Below are positions 9,781 to 19,357 of a stretch of 64,000 nt of DNA, piece by piece. The stretch comes from a virus. Its lineage: Duplodnaviria; Heunggongvirae; Uroviricota; Caudoviricetes. The notes under the pieces were generated by a model that made no database searches, was not told where the DNA came from, and was given only the letters and a program-made list of their open reading frames with translations. Numbering within the stretch: position 1 is the first letter of the stretch; the number at the start of each line of letters is the position of its first letter. The DNA lies in the IMG/VR virus record IMGVR_UViG_3300027977_000006; one strand, 5' to 3'. The translations under genes were made by a program, and so were the position numbers.

Positions 9781-9993
9781 TTACTTCTTTTTGCTTTCAG
9801 TTAAAGACTTAACAGCGGACTCTAACTTAGCGATTTTGCTTTCTAATACAGTCGTTTTATCTATCTGTTTTTTAGCTTGTTCGCTAATCCACTCTTGTTT
9901 TTTAACTGTAACGGCTTCATTAACGATATTGTCAATTAAATCAACTAATTCACTTTCTTTGATTCTTACTGTTTTTTTTGTTACTTTTGACAT
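9781..9993 (-). CDS. hypothetical coiled-coil protein (70 aa)
   Basis: ORF; the opposite-strand ORF 9791..10063 is hydrophobic junk. Confidence 0.45.
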   Translation of the reverse strand: MSKVTKKTVRIKESELVDLIDNIVNEAVTVKKQEWISEQAKKQIDKTTVLESKIAKLESAVKSLTESKKK

Positions 9994-10281
9994 TTGCTTA
10001 AGGTTTTATAAAATCTTATTCTTACTAATAAATATGTTAACTTTGGTAAAAAGATACCAATAACTTAAAAATCTTTTAAGCTTGGCTAACCTCTACTATA
10101 GTAAATATTTAAACCAATTGATTTAGACTAAGTTTTTTTACCTCGGTAAAATATTCTTGAGCTTCAATAAGTGAATTAGCCATTGTGTAAGATATTGTCT
10201 CACCAATACTATTTTTAAGAGCGTACCTGTTCATTTTTAAATTTTTTACAAACATACTACTTTTTTTTAATAAATTACAAG

Positions 10282-10791
10282 TTAACATTTATTGTCGGCT
10301 GCATTTGAAGCTGCATACGCATCTGGTTTAACTTTAAAGTTATAACCCATACCTAATATATAACCAACGGCTTGTTGTAAAGCTTTATTAGACTCATAAC
10401 TTGGGTTTGGATTTATATCAGCGTGAACCTCTAATGGAATTTCATATAAGTCCAATAAAGGAGCTATCGCATAAGCAACCTCAATTGATTTGCTAACTTC
10501 AAATACCATTCTTTCATTTACCAATTCTTTGTTCTTAGCTTTAAAATCATTGTAATAAGTTGAAGAAATCACCATACCACCACGACCAACAGTAACTCCA
10601 CCGCCTAAATCTTCAAACATTCTTATAAGTATAACTGTTGCAAACTTATAAGCTCCTTTGCTAGCCTTTTGAGAGTCAGTCCCAATCGATACTTTTAAAG
10701 TGTAACCTTTCTCAAGCTCTTTGTCAAAAAGCTCGCTTAAGTAATCCACAATAGGTATTTTTATTACCTCATCATTTCTTTTCCATTTCAT
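10282..10791 (-). CDS. RNase H-fold protein, YkuK/DUF458-like (motif VSIGTDSQ)
   Basis: Motif recall only. Confidence 0.4.
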   Translation of the reverse strand: MKWKRNDEVIKIPIVDYLSELFDKELEKGYTLKVSIGTDSQKASKGAYKFATVILIRMFEDLGGGVTVGRGGMVISSTYYNDFKAKNKELVNERMVFEVSKSIEVAYAIAPLLDLYEIPLEVHADINPNPSYESNKALQQAVGYILGMGYNFKVKPDAYAASNAADNKC

Positions 10792-10821
10792 TTTTTTTTG
10801 TTTTTAAAATTCGTTATTAAA

Positions 10822-10850
10822 TAAAAAACCCCAGAAATTTTCTGGGGCTT
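10822..10850 (-). terminator. Rho-independent terminator (CCCCAGAAAATTTTCTGGGG plus a T-run on the minus strand), downstream of 10854..12266
   Basis: Perfect 6-bp GC stem followed by T6 on the minus strand. Confidence 0.6.
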
Positions 10851-10853
10851 AAT

Positions 10854-12266
10854 TTAGTTTATTAAAGTTTGCGGTAACAAACTTTTTAATTTACTGTAAT
10901 TTTCAGCCCCTATGTCTTGCTCTCTTACGCCTAGTCTGTGTAACGAACCACCATTGCTTTTGTCTAAATAAGAAATTTCAGACGGTATTTCAGTAATTCG
11001 ATTTCCAGTCAGGTTTAAAAAAACAAGGTTTTTAAGTTTCCCAATCTCACTAGGTAATTTTTTTATCTTGTTATCCGTCAATACCAACATCTCAAGATTT
11101 GTTAAATCACCCACAGATGGATGCAAATCAACCAAGCCAGCGCCAGTTATAATAAGCTGGTCTAACGTTTTAAATTTGCTCATATCAGGTAGTTTTGGTA
11201 CTTCTCTTTTCATGATTTTTATTGTTGGTACGTTCTCGTCATACATTTCAAATAAACTTTCAGCAAACCCAAACTTTATTAGAAAATCTAAATATTTGTT
11301 TGTATCTAACCCTTTTTTGTATTCTTTTGCCATTCCCATTAATTCTTCGTAAAAGAAATTGCTCAAGCCTTCACTTTCCACTAAAACATTTTCATAAATT
11401 CCAACGTTCTGAGCGTTTCTTCTGTCCTTCAATTGACCCGTTTCAAAGTGTATTTGAAACAATTCATCCGATTCTTTTGAGAAGAATTTATTGTTTATTA
11501 TGATATAAATATCTGAGTTTTTGCCGTTAGGTTTTTTATAGTTTTGAGTGTAGTTTTTAAACATTCCATTACCTTCTTTTGCAGTACACCAGTTAGCAAA
11601 TTTATCAAATATAACATTTGCCGCAGTTGTCTTTGGAATAAACAATGTAAATTTCCTATCTTTTACTGGTATTTCAGCTTGGCCAGATTCAACAAATTTA
11701 TTTATTGTTCTTTCTACAGCACTAGGTTCCCTTTCAATAAATGGGTCTACAGCATCAAACAATTGAGCCAATGACTTATACTGATTGATATTAGTAGGGT
11801 CGTTTATGTGTTTAAGACTATAGCTAACAGAACACAACTCTTTAAACTTCTTTTTACGCTTGTTGTCTTCAAACATAACTAGATAAGTGTTAGCTTGAGG
11901 TAAATCTTCAGTAACAAATCTAGAAGCTTGTGCAATATCCTTCTCACTACCAGCCTTTATGTATCTGGCGAAAGTGTTTAACATCCACTGCAAATACATC
12001 TTGTTTTCTGTTGGGTCAGCCATAACCATATCCGCAAAAACATTTGAAATAACACTAATCTTTTTTAGCTTTCTACCCTTTTCATTAAATTTCGTAGAAT
12101 CAATAGCAATAAGTTCTCCAGTATTTGTTAAAATTGGAACCCCTTGAAACCCTAAATCTAAAAGATTTTTTAACATTAAATTAGTGGTTTCAGAACCAAT
12201 GTTTTCAAAAACATCAAACTGTTCAGCCAAAAAAGTTAACCTATCTGTTACTGTTGCTTCTTTCAT
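10854..12266 (-). CDS. Leucine-rich-repeat protein: a 350-aa N-terminal region of unknown function plus C-terminal LRRs (LTNLEMLVLTDNKIKKLPSEIGKLKNLVFLNLTGNRITEIPSEI)
   Basis: Canonical LxxLxLxxNxIxxLP repeats. Confidence 0.6.
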   Translation of the reverse strand: MKEATVTDRLTFLAEQFDVFENIGSETTNLMLKNLLDLGFQGVPILTNTGELIAIDSTKFNEKGRKLKKISVISNVFADMVMADPTENKMYLQWMLNTFARYIKAGSEKDIAQASRFVTEDLPQANTYLVMFEDNKRKKKFKELCSVSYSLKHINDPTNINQYKSLAQLFDAVDPFIEREPSAVERTINKFVESGQAEIPVKDRKFTLFIPKTTAANVIFDKFANWCTAKEGNGMFKNYTQNYKKPNGKNSDIYIIINNKFFSKESDELFQIHFETGQLKDRRNAQNVGIYENVLVESEGLSNFFYEELMGMAKEYKKGLDTNKYLDFLIKFGFAESLFEMYDENVPTIKIMKREVPKLPDMSKFKTLDQLIITGAGLVDLHPSVGDLTNLEMLVLTDNKIKKLPSEIGKLKNLVFLNLTGNRITEIPSEISYLDKSNGGSLHRLGVREQDIGAENYSKLKSLLPQTLIN

Positions 12267-12312
12267 AACATATTTTAAACAATGATACTAAAATAATTTA
12301 AACAAGACAAGA

Positions 12313-12654
12313 CTATGGAAGAAATCTTTTCATCAAATCTTCATCCAAATATTCCTCAATCCTACGCTTCAAAAACCAAGTCAAACTGTCAAAATTATCA
12401 GAATCTCTTTCTAAAACATCAAGAAAAACAACATTAGGATTCTCACCATCTGTTAATCTGTACTTTATCTCTTTTATGGTATCAGTTTGGTCATAATTCA
12501 TAAGCTGTTGAAATATAACACTATAAATTTCCCACCTAGCTTCCTCCTCGTCACTCAATGTTTTTATGATATTAACCACATGCTGTTGGTACGCTTTATC
12601 TAGTGTAGACTTTTTACCTTTTATGGGTGATAATAACAAATTAAAATCCCTCAT
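12313..12654 (-). CDS. hypothetical protein (113 aa)
   Basis: ORF. Confidence 0.5.
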   Translation of the reverse strand: MRDFNLLLSPIKGKKSTLDKAYQQHVVNIIKTLSDEEEARWEIYSVIFQQLMNYDQTDTIKEIKYRLTDGENPNVVFLDVLERDSDNFDSLTWFLKRRIEEYLDEDLMKRFLP

Positions 12655-12709
12655 AAGCGTATTTTAAAATAGAATTGTTATTTAACTATAAATATCTTCA
12701 AAGTCCCAA

Positions 12710-13735
12710 TTAACCAAACTTTTGAATAACATCTTCTATTTTTGTCTGAGTATCAACCGAATAATTTATGCTATCTAAATCACTAGCACAAAATCTGCTT
12801 ATATTTGTCTGAAATTCATGCCATTTAGGTGTAAAATCACTAATCATAACTACGTGTGTACCAACTGCCCATGCCAACCAACTTAACCCAGAACTAACCC
12901 CCAAATGTGCCTTTGCGTGATAAATGTCTAATACCCTATTTTCCAAAGGTACATCACCAGTCGCATCAATAACATTTTTTAAGTTTGTTGGTTCTTTTGA
13001 AATAACCAAAACTTTAATACCTGTAGAAGTTAAATAATCAACCACCTTTTGCCAACCATCTTCTGCTTTCCATTTTTTGATATCTGAACTACCATATTCA
13101 GATAAAGTAACATAATCCCCATCTATCTTTGGATGTAAATGTTTACATAATATACTCAAATCTGGTCTTATTTCATGCCTATCCAACCCCAATATATCAG
13201 TAGCGACTATTTGTAACGGAACTTTGCTAAATTTAACTGGAGAATAATATGGGTTATCATCATCGCTGGCACCAATGTAATACTGCACATAAACATTATC
13301 AATTTGTGTATTTGGTTTTGCAAATATTATTTCTGGATATGAATCAATAAACAAATTATTATAAAAAGTGGAACAAATAACAGTACATTCATGTTTTTTC
13401 CTAAATTCTTCAACATATGGCATCCAAGCAATATTATCACCTAAAGCATACGAATCCATTTTAATAAAAACCTTTTTACCTTTTGGATTAAAATACTCAT
13501 GAAATGCTGGAACACCATTCTCATCTTCGATTATGATTATCCACTCAGTAAACCATTGTTTTGTTTTTCCGATTATTGTTTGATTTGTTTCACAAAAACC
13601 AGAAGTTACCAACCCACGATTAAGTTCATAAAAACATACTTTGTATTTTTTAAGTTCATCCCCAAAAATAGTAACTCTAGGTGCGTTTCCTTCTTTTGGT
13701 AAAGTAGTAACATAACTAACCTTAAAATGATTCAC
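12710..13735 (-). CDS. Glycosyltransferase family 9-like (heptosyltransferase fold) protein
   Basis: The C-terminal segment HLGVSSGLSWLAWAVGTHVVMISD resembles the GT9 motif xDSGxxHLAAALGxPxVxLFG. Confidence 0.45.
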   Translation of the reverse strand: MNHFKVSYVTTLPKEGNAPRVTIFGDELKKYKVCFYELNRGLVTSGFCETNQTIIGKTKQWFTEWIIIIEDENGVPAFHEYFNPKGKKVFIKMDSYALGDNIAWMPYVEEFRKKHECTVICSTFYNNLFIDSYPEIIFAKPNTQIDNVYVQYYIGASDDDNPYYSPVKFSKVPLQIVATDILGLDRHEIRPDLSILCKHLHPKIDGDYVTLSEYGSSDIKKWKAEDGWQKVVDYLTSTGIKVLVISKEPTNLKNVIDATGDVPLENRVLDIYHAKAHLGVSSGLSWLAWAVGTHVVMISDFTPKWHEFQTNISRFCASDLDSINYSVDTQTKIEDVIQKFG

Positions 13736-13736
13736 T

Positions 13737-14057
13737 CTAAAAATTTTTTATCTTGTAATATAACCTTTCTAACTCTGGTGTAAATGTTTTCAAGTCTTCC
13801 ATGCTTTCAATAATTGAATCATTTGTACTATTTTCTTCAGTTAACTTGTATTGTATTTCTTTAACTTTTAACATATTCTTTATTGAATGTTTAAGCTCTA
13901 AAATAATTTGATTATATGTAGCCCAAACTTTTCTTTTTTTAATGGATTTGGTCATAAGGTTTTCAGTAAGTTTAATCTCGTATTCATGTTCTAAATCACT
14001 CTTAAACCCACCATATTGTTCATTAAGAACTTGCCTTATTTTAACTTTTAAATCCAT
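13737..14057 (-). CDS. hypothetical protein (106 aa)
   Basis: ORF. Confidence 0.5.
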   Translation of the reverse strand: MDLKVKIRQVLNEQYGGFKSDLEHEYEIKLTENLMTKSIKKRKVWATYNQIILELKHSIKNMLKVKEIQYKLTEENSTNDSIIESMEDLKTFTPELERLYYKIKNF

Positions 14058-14061
14058 AACT

Positions 14062-14400
14062 CTAATTCATAGTCACATTTTTTGTTAATTGATAACTATT
14101 TGTAATGTTCCCAAAAACCCAATCTTTAATAACTTGTTTTGTAAACTCTTCACCCATATTGTATTTATATTTCATATATTCATACAATGATTTGGGAGAA
14201 ATAACCTCACCATCAGCCTTAACCTCAATCATTGGTGTTTCGTAATACTCACCACCCTCACGAACAAATTTTTGAACCGCTTCATAATTCATGTCTAACT
14301 CTTCTTTCATCCTCTTAACCATGCTTGAATGGGCGCTTTCATTCAAATTTTGTTTTAAACGATTAAACTGTCCCTCTGTTATTATAATTTTCTTTTTCAT
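14062..14400 (-). CDS. hypothetical protein (112 aa)
   Basis: ORF. Confidence 0.5.
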   Translation of the reverse strand: MKKKIIITEGQFNRLKQNLNESAHSSMVKRMKEELDMNYEAVQKFVREGGEYYETPMIEVKADGEVISPKSLYEYMKYKYNMGEEFTKQVIKDWVFGNITNSYQLTKNVTMN

Positions 14401-14423
14401 AATAATAAATATCTATTCACAAT

Positions 14424-14446
14424 AAAAAAGGGCTCATATGAGCCCT
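14424..14446 (-). terminator. Rho-independent terminator (GGGCTCATATGAGCCC palindrome plus a T-run on the minus strand), after trxA
   Basis: Perfect 6-bp GC-rich stem with flanking A6 / T-run. Confidence 0.6.
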
Positions 14447-14449
14447 TGA

Positions 14450-14773
14450 TTATAATAAGATATTGTTTATCTTATCTTCAATCTCGTTCTTTGGTTTAAA
14501 ACCGCTAAACCTCTCAACAATTTCACCGTTTTTGATAAAGATTACCGTTGGAATACCCCTAATACCATATTTAACAGCGGCCTCAGAATTCTCATCAACA
14601 TTAACTTTAACAATGTTGATTTTTTCGTTGTCTTTGAATTTATTAGATATTTCATCAATTACTGGGCCTAACAACCTACATGGACCGCACCATGGTGCCC
14701 AAAAATCTAATACGGTTACTTCTTTTTCGTTTAAAACACTTTCTAATGTGTTGTCTGTTACTTCTAATGCCAT
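14450..14773 (-). CDS. trxA: Thioredoxin
   Basis: FWAPWCGPC active site; 107-aa thioredoxin fold ending …GIPTVIFIKNGE. Confidence 0.85.
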   Translation of the reverse strand: MALEVTDNTLESVLNEKEVTVLDFWAPWCGPCRLLGPVIDEISNKFKDNEKINIVKVNVDENSEAAVKYGIRGIPTVIFIKNGEIVERFSGFKPKNEIEDKINNILL

Positions 14774-14833
14774 TTACTTAATTTTTATTTTTTGTTATAG
14801 TTATAAATATACAAAACAATTTTGTAATAATCA

Positions 14834-15085
14834 ATGTCTGATTCAGAAATTATTTGGAAATATTTAGATAGTGAATACCCTAATGAACATTTGGTTATTT
14901 ATTTGTACGTTTGTGGCAACGTAAGAAGCAATAAAAGAGCCCTTACAACTGTCATAGACGCAATAAATATAATATTTTATCCAGCGATGAGTGATGCAAT
15001 AATAAAAGCAACTGTTGAAGGATTCTTGGAAAACAAAAGAAAAAGGTATCAAAAAGGTGAAATAAAGGTGAAATCAATCTATTAA
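14834..15085 (+). CDS. hypothetical protein (83 aa)
   Basis: ORF; competes with two poorer minus-strand ORFs. Confidence 0.35.
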   Translation: MSDSEIIWKYLDSEYPNEHLVIYLYVCGNVRSNKRALTTVIDAINIIFYPAMSDAIIKATVEGFLENKRKRYQKGEIKVKSIY

Positions 15086-15396
15086 ATAACCTCTCCACAG
15101 TTTGGAAAAAACTCTTGAACCAATCTGACAGGCTCTTCAAACTTCTCATATTTTTCTAGAAAAAAGTATGCTGAAATATATTCACCACATTCTTCGTCAC
15201 TAAAAGAAAAAACATTCCCTAAGACATCAGAAATAATAGAAATGTGTTTAATCTCTTTTTTGGATAATACACCGTCTTTTAAAGAAGCCGACATTAACCT
15301 ACAATAACTTGAATGCGACATGCAATTTGTTTCTTTGTAAAGCTTCAAAGTTACTTCACAAATTAACATATAAACATGATTGTCAAATTTTTTCAT
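15082..15396 (-). CDS. hypothetical protein (104 aa)
   Basis: ORF. Confidence 0.45.
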   Translation of the reverse strand: MKKFDNHVYMLICEVTLKLYKETNCMSHSSYCRLMSASLKDGVLSKKEIKHISIISDVLGNVFSFSDEECGEYISAYFFLEKYEKFEEPVRLVQEFFPNCGEVI

Positions 15397-15420
15397 GTAA
15401 TTAATCGAATATTTATGAAT

Positions 15421-15669
15421 ATGAGTACTAATATAGATAAAAAGCTAATTAAAAAATTTTTAGAATCAAATTATCCAGTGTCCAGAATAAAGCACAATAT
15501 GAGATTTAGACGTGCGATGATTTTAGACGATGGTAGTGTTTTCATACTTGGCGAAAATAATTCCCAATCACTAAAATATAAACTACTAGAATCACTAAAA
15601 ATTGTTTTTAACTACGAAGACACAGTACTTGTACCAATATTGGATGAATTCTTGCCGTTTAAACCCTAA
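15421..15669 (+). CDS. hypothetical protein (82 aa; internal start MSTNIDKK)
   Basis: ORF divergent from 15082..15396. Confidence 0.35.
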   Translation: MSTNIDKKLIKKFLESNYPVSRIKHNMRFRRAMILDDGSVFILGENNSQSLKYKLLESLKIVFNYEDTVLVPILDEFLPFKP

Positions 15670-16254
15670 TTACCACGACTCAATTTTCTTCAAAGTAAGT
15701 TGTGTCCAATAACGGCAATTATACCCATCAATACTACCCTCCACCTCCTGTATCTGAAGAGCAACCAAACTGTCTTCCTCACTTATTGTTTGACCACTAA
15801 AAGGTCTAGCAGAACCACCCATCAATGATTGACCATATACTGGGTCTTCAATTATAGTGTGATAAAAACCAACATGATAAACAGCATACTGCTTGGTTGA
15901 ATCTCCATTTAGAATAAAATCACCGTATCCTGGAAAATTTATTGGTTTGTAAAAAGAATATGTTGTGTAATTTTTTATGATGGTTTCAATGTCAAACATA
16001 GGACCACCCCACCTTAAACTTGATGAATCTTTCCCATTCACAAAATGCCTGTAAACCTTTCTTTCTCCAGTTTCTTTGTTGTCAACATACATAACACCAT
16101 CAACAACCAAAAATTTACCCCACATACTCAAACCAGTAATACTGTCAAATTGTGGTTCTTTAAATGGATATTCCTCACTAGGTAAAAGTTCTTTTTCACA
16201 AGAAACCAACCCTAACAGTAAAACTAAACTAATTAAACTGAAATATTTTTTCAT
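15670..16254 (-). CDS. Putative lipoprotein (signal peptide with lipobox LGLVSC)
   Basis: N-terminal MKKYFSLISLVLLLGLVSCEKE. Confidence 0.55.
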   Translation of the reverse strand: MKKYFSLISLVLLLGLVSCEKELLPSEEYPFKEPQFDSITGLSMWGKFLVVDGVMYVDNKETGERKVYRHFVNGKDSSSLRWGGPMFDIETIIKNYTTYSFYKPINFPGYGDFILNGDSTKQYAVYHVGFYHTIIEDPVYGQSLMGGSARPFSGQTISEEDSLVALQIQEVEGSIDGYNCRYWTQLTLKKIESW

Positions 16255-16309
16255 ACCTGTTTTTTTTGCAAAGGTATGAATTTTTTTTTAATTTATCAAA
16301 TTTTTTGGA

Positions 16310-16765
16310 TTATAAAGTGTGAACAATTACTGTAACTGTTTTAACGACCAAATTACCTTGATTATCATTGGCTAAATCGACTTCAACATCATTGTCAATT
16401 GAAATAATACCAGAACCACGTTCTGTTTCTAATTCAACGTTATCCCAATCTATCTTAAAAGTAATTGGTTGAATTTTTGTGTTGTTGTCATCTAGGTAAA
16501 ATTCAATTTCAGTCTCCAATTCCTCTGGACCTTCAATACTGTATAATGATATGTCTTTTATACCCCAACTTCTTGCTTCAATTTCTATGGTATAAAATAA
16601 ACGAGCTGTAATACGTGATATATCGTTGATTTCCATACCATTAAACTTTACACCACCGTATGCGTTAAATTTGATGGTTACATCTTTGTTGTATTTGTCT
16701 GATGAGCCCTCAGTTAATCTAGATTTAATCCTTTCTAGTTGACTTTCAGTAATTCTTATTCTCAT
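16310..16765 (-). CDS. hypothetical protein (151 aa)
   Basis: ORF. Confidence 0.5.
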   Translation of the reverse strand: MRIRITESQLERIKSRLTEGSSDKYNKDVTIKFNAYGGVKFNGMEINDISRITARLFYTIEIEARSWGIKDISLYSIEGPEELETEIEFYLDDNNTKIQPITFKIDWDNVELETERGSGIISIDNDVEVDLANDNQGNLVVKTVTVIVHTL

Positions 16766-16821
16766 ATCTTTTTAACTATAAATATCTTTATTTTTTAAAA
16801 AAAAACCAGTATATTTGTTTT

Positions 16822-17274
16822 ATGGCAAACTTTAATTTTAAAAAAGACTTACACCTATCTAAAACTGGTGAAATAGAAATCAAAACATTTCTGGAGAAAA
16901 AAGGTTTAACCTTTGTGTCGTCAAATGACGACAATAAGTATGATTTGATAATGCATAAAAATAATAAAGAAATTAGCTACGAAATAAAGACAGATTTTAA
17001 ATGTGCGCCATTATTTGATACTGGAAATATTTTTGTCGAATTTGAATGCAGAAACCACCCTTCTGGAATAAGTGTCACACAGTCAGATTGGTTTGTAACA
17101 TATTTTATCTACCTTAAAGAACTATGGTTCATTAAAAGTGAAAAACTAAAAACCCTTATCTCTCAAAATAACTTTCAAATATTTATAGATGCTGGTGATG
17201 TAAATAGCGAAACAAAAGGTTATTTAATTAACCGAAAAGATTTTAAACATTTTTTTAATGTCTACAAAGTATAG
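16822..17274 (+). CDS. hypothetical protein (150 aa), possibly a PD-(D/E)xK-like nuclease (YDLIM…EIKTD)
   Basis: Weak motif. Confidence 0.45.
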   Translation: MANFNFKKDLHLSKTGEIEIKTFLEKKGLTFVSSNDDNKYDLIMHKNNKEISYEIKTDFKCAPLFDTGNIFVEFECRNHPSGISVTQSDWFVTYFIYLKELWFIKSEKLKTLISQNNFQIFIDAGDVNSETKGYLINRKDFKHFFNVYKV

Positions 17275-17851
17275 TAAAAAACCAAAACTTTTAATAGAAC
17301 TAGTCCCAAAAACGTGCCATTATAGTAACGTTAGAACAACAGTAACAAAAAAAGATTGGGATAAAATCCGTTTTATATCATATGAACAAGCAAACAATAA
17401 ATGCGAAATTTGCGGTGATACTGGAAAAAAACAAGGATATAACCATAATGTAGAATGTCACGAAATATGGGAATACGATGACGAAAATAAAATACAAAAA
17501 CTGGTCGGCCTTATTTCACTATGCCCAACATGCCACCAAGTTAAACACATAGGTAGAGCAATAGCCATAGGCAAACATAAACAAGTCTACGCACAACTTA
17601 TGAAAGTCAATAAATGGACCCAACAACAAGTTGAACTTCATATTCTTGAATCATTTGAAATCCACAAAGAAAGGTCAAATCATCAATGGGGTCTAGACAT
17701 ATCAATACTAGCTGAAGAACCTTACAATATAAAGTTAAAAAATACAACAACTAGAATTTTTGAAGTCAAAAAATTCAAGAAAAAAAGAAAACGCTCAAAA
17801 CCAAAGGTTAAGAAAAAAATTAATAAAAGACCGCCAAAGAATAAACAGTAA
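17258..17851 (+). CDS. HNH endonuclease-like zinc-binding protein with a Lys-rich tail
   Basis: CEICGD…HNVECHEIW…CPTCHQVKH (CxxC…H-N…CxxCHxxxH). Confidence 0.5.
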   Translation: MSTKYSKKPKLLIELVPKTCHYSNVRTTVTKKDWDKIRFISYEQANNKCEICGDTGKKQGYNHNVECHEIWEYDDENKIQKLVGLISLCPTCHQVKHIGRAIAIGKHKQVYAQLMKVNKWTQQQVELHILESFEIHKERSNHQWGLDISILAEEPYNIKLKNTTTRIFEVKKFKKKRKRSKPKVKKKINKRPPKNKQ

Positions 17852-17853
17852 TC

Positions 17854-18192
17854 TTACTCTTTCTTGTACCAACTACCAACTGAAACGTTTATGATTCTAA
17901 ACATTTCTTCGTCAGTCAAATTTATCACCCCATCTTCGCTGTCTTTGTACTTTTCCTTGTAATCACCTTGTATTACAATCTGGTACTTTTGATTGGTGTC
18001 AACAGTAAAACTAATAACCAACGTAAATGGATTGAATAATTTAGCAGTAGGATTCGTCACCATTTTGGTCTTGTTTTTGGTAATAATATCTTCACCCTTA
18101 GTCAAAAAAGTTTTTCCAATGTTTGCCAGTGTTTTTCCAAACATAACCATGATGCTATTACCACCAACTCTAAGTGTTGAATTTTCTATCAT
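17854..18192 (-). CDS. hypothetical protein (112 aa)
   Basis: ORF. Confidence 0.5.
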   Translation of the reverse strand: MIENSTLRVGGNSIMVMFGKTLANIGKTFLTKGEDIITKNKTKMVTNPTAKLFNPFTLVISFTVDTNQKYQIVIQGDYKEKYKDSEDGVINLTDEEMFRIINVSVGSWYKKE

Positions 18193-18578
18193 ACTTTATT
18201 TCTTTGTTTTCGTTCATTAATCAAATCAACCAAAATCCTTTCAAATTTAATCTTGACATCAAAATCTATATCCTTAACCAATACATAACTCCTTATATCA
18301 TGCAAAGATATTAAAAATCTATCGTCACCCTTGTAACTAGACAAATCAACACCTCCTTTGTACCTGCTCTGCTCAACCTCCTTAACTGGTTCAGATTTTA
18401 CATCACCACCCTTTAATTGATTGAATAAATCCACTATACCAACCTCCAAACCACCAGTCTTCAATCCCTTTAACTTCATGAATATGGTCTGCCTTTCAGT
18501 TAATGTAATCTGAATCTCACGGTCATCAACCTTTACCGTGGTTTCCCTAGTTATGTCTTTGTCTAAAATAGTTGCCAT
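18189..18578 (-). CDS. hypothetical protein (129 aa)
   Basis: ORF overlapping its neighbour by 4 nt. Confidence 0.5.
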   Translation of the reverse strand: MATILDKDITRETTVKVDDREIQITLTERQTIFMKLKGLKTGGLEVGIVDLFNQLKGGDVKSEPVKEVEQSRYKGGVDLSSYKGDDRFLISLHDIRSYVLVKDIDFDVKIKFERILVDLINERKQRNKV

Positions 18579-18628
18579 TTATTTTTACTTTATGGCAAAG
18601 GTACAAAATAAAAATAACATCTCCAAAT

Positions 18629-19357
18629 TTAATGGTGATTAATTATAGACCATTCACCATTATACTTCTCAACCAAAGCTGTTTTTGATTCCACCCAATC
18701 GCCAGAATTCATGTAAGAAATACCATCAATAACACTAATTTCTGACTTGTGAATGTGACCACATATTACACCATCATATCCGTTTTGTTTTGCGTATGAA
18801 ACCATATGATTTTCAAAATCACCAACATATTTTGTCGCTTGTTTAACGCTGTCTTTTATTACTTTAGACAAAGAAAAATACTTCAAACCCCTTCGTTCAC
18901 GGTACTTGTTATACCATTTGTTTAACCATAAACATAAATCATACCCAATACTACCTAATTTAGCTAACCATTTCATATCGCTTATAAAAACGTCAAATAT
19001 ATCACCATGTATAACCAAATATCTTTTGCCATCAACACCAATATGTTCTAAGTCTTTTTTTATAAAAACATTGCCAATATTAAAAGGAATAATTTCATTT
19101 AAAAAATCATCATGATTACCCATCACCCAAACAACTTCTGTGTCTTGCGATATCTTTAATAACTTTCTAGCACATTTCATGTGTTGTTCATTCCATGATG
19201 AACCCATATTCAGAGCCCATCCATCAACTATATCACCATTCAAAATTAATTTTTCGCACTTATTATTTTTTAAAAAATCAACAACGTCATTTGCCCTAGA
19301 ATATTGAGAACCCAAATGTATGTCTGATATGATTATTGTTTTGTATTTCATGACCAA
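18629..19357 (-). CDS. LpxH-like calcineurin-type metallophosphoesterase (UDP-2,3-diacylglucosamine hydrolase family)
   Basis: Motifs IISDIHLG, NGDIVDGW, GNHD and GHIH in LpxH order and spacing; length 242 aa. Confidence 0.65.
   Translation of the reverse strand: MVMKYKTIIISDIHLGSQYSRANDVVDFLKNNKCEKLILNGDIVDGWALNMGSSWNEQHMKCARKLLKISQDTEVVWVMGNHDDFLNEIIPFNIGNVFIKKDLEHIGVDGKRYLVIHGDIFDVFISDMKWLAKLGSIGYDLCLWLNKWYNKYRERRGLKYFSLSKVIKDSVKQATKYVGDFENHMVSYAKQNGYDGVICGHIHKSEISVIDGISYMNSGDWVESKTALVEKYNGEWSIINHH

Noticed and set aside
12673-16785. 17-bp repeat TTAACTATAAATATCTT directly upstream of the starts of 12313..12654 and 16310..16765
   Set aside because: It has only two copies and sits in AT-rich low-complexity sequence. 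It could be a minor promoter variant, but the evidence is too thin.
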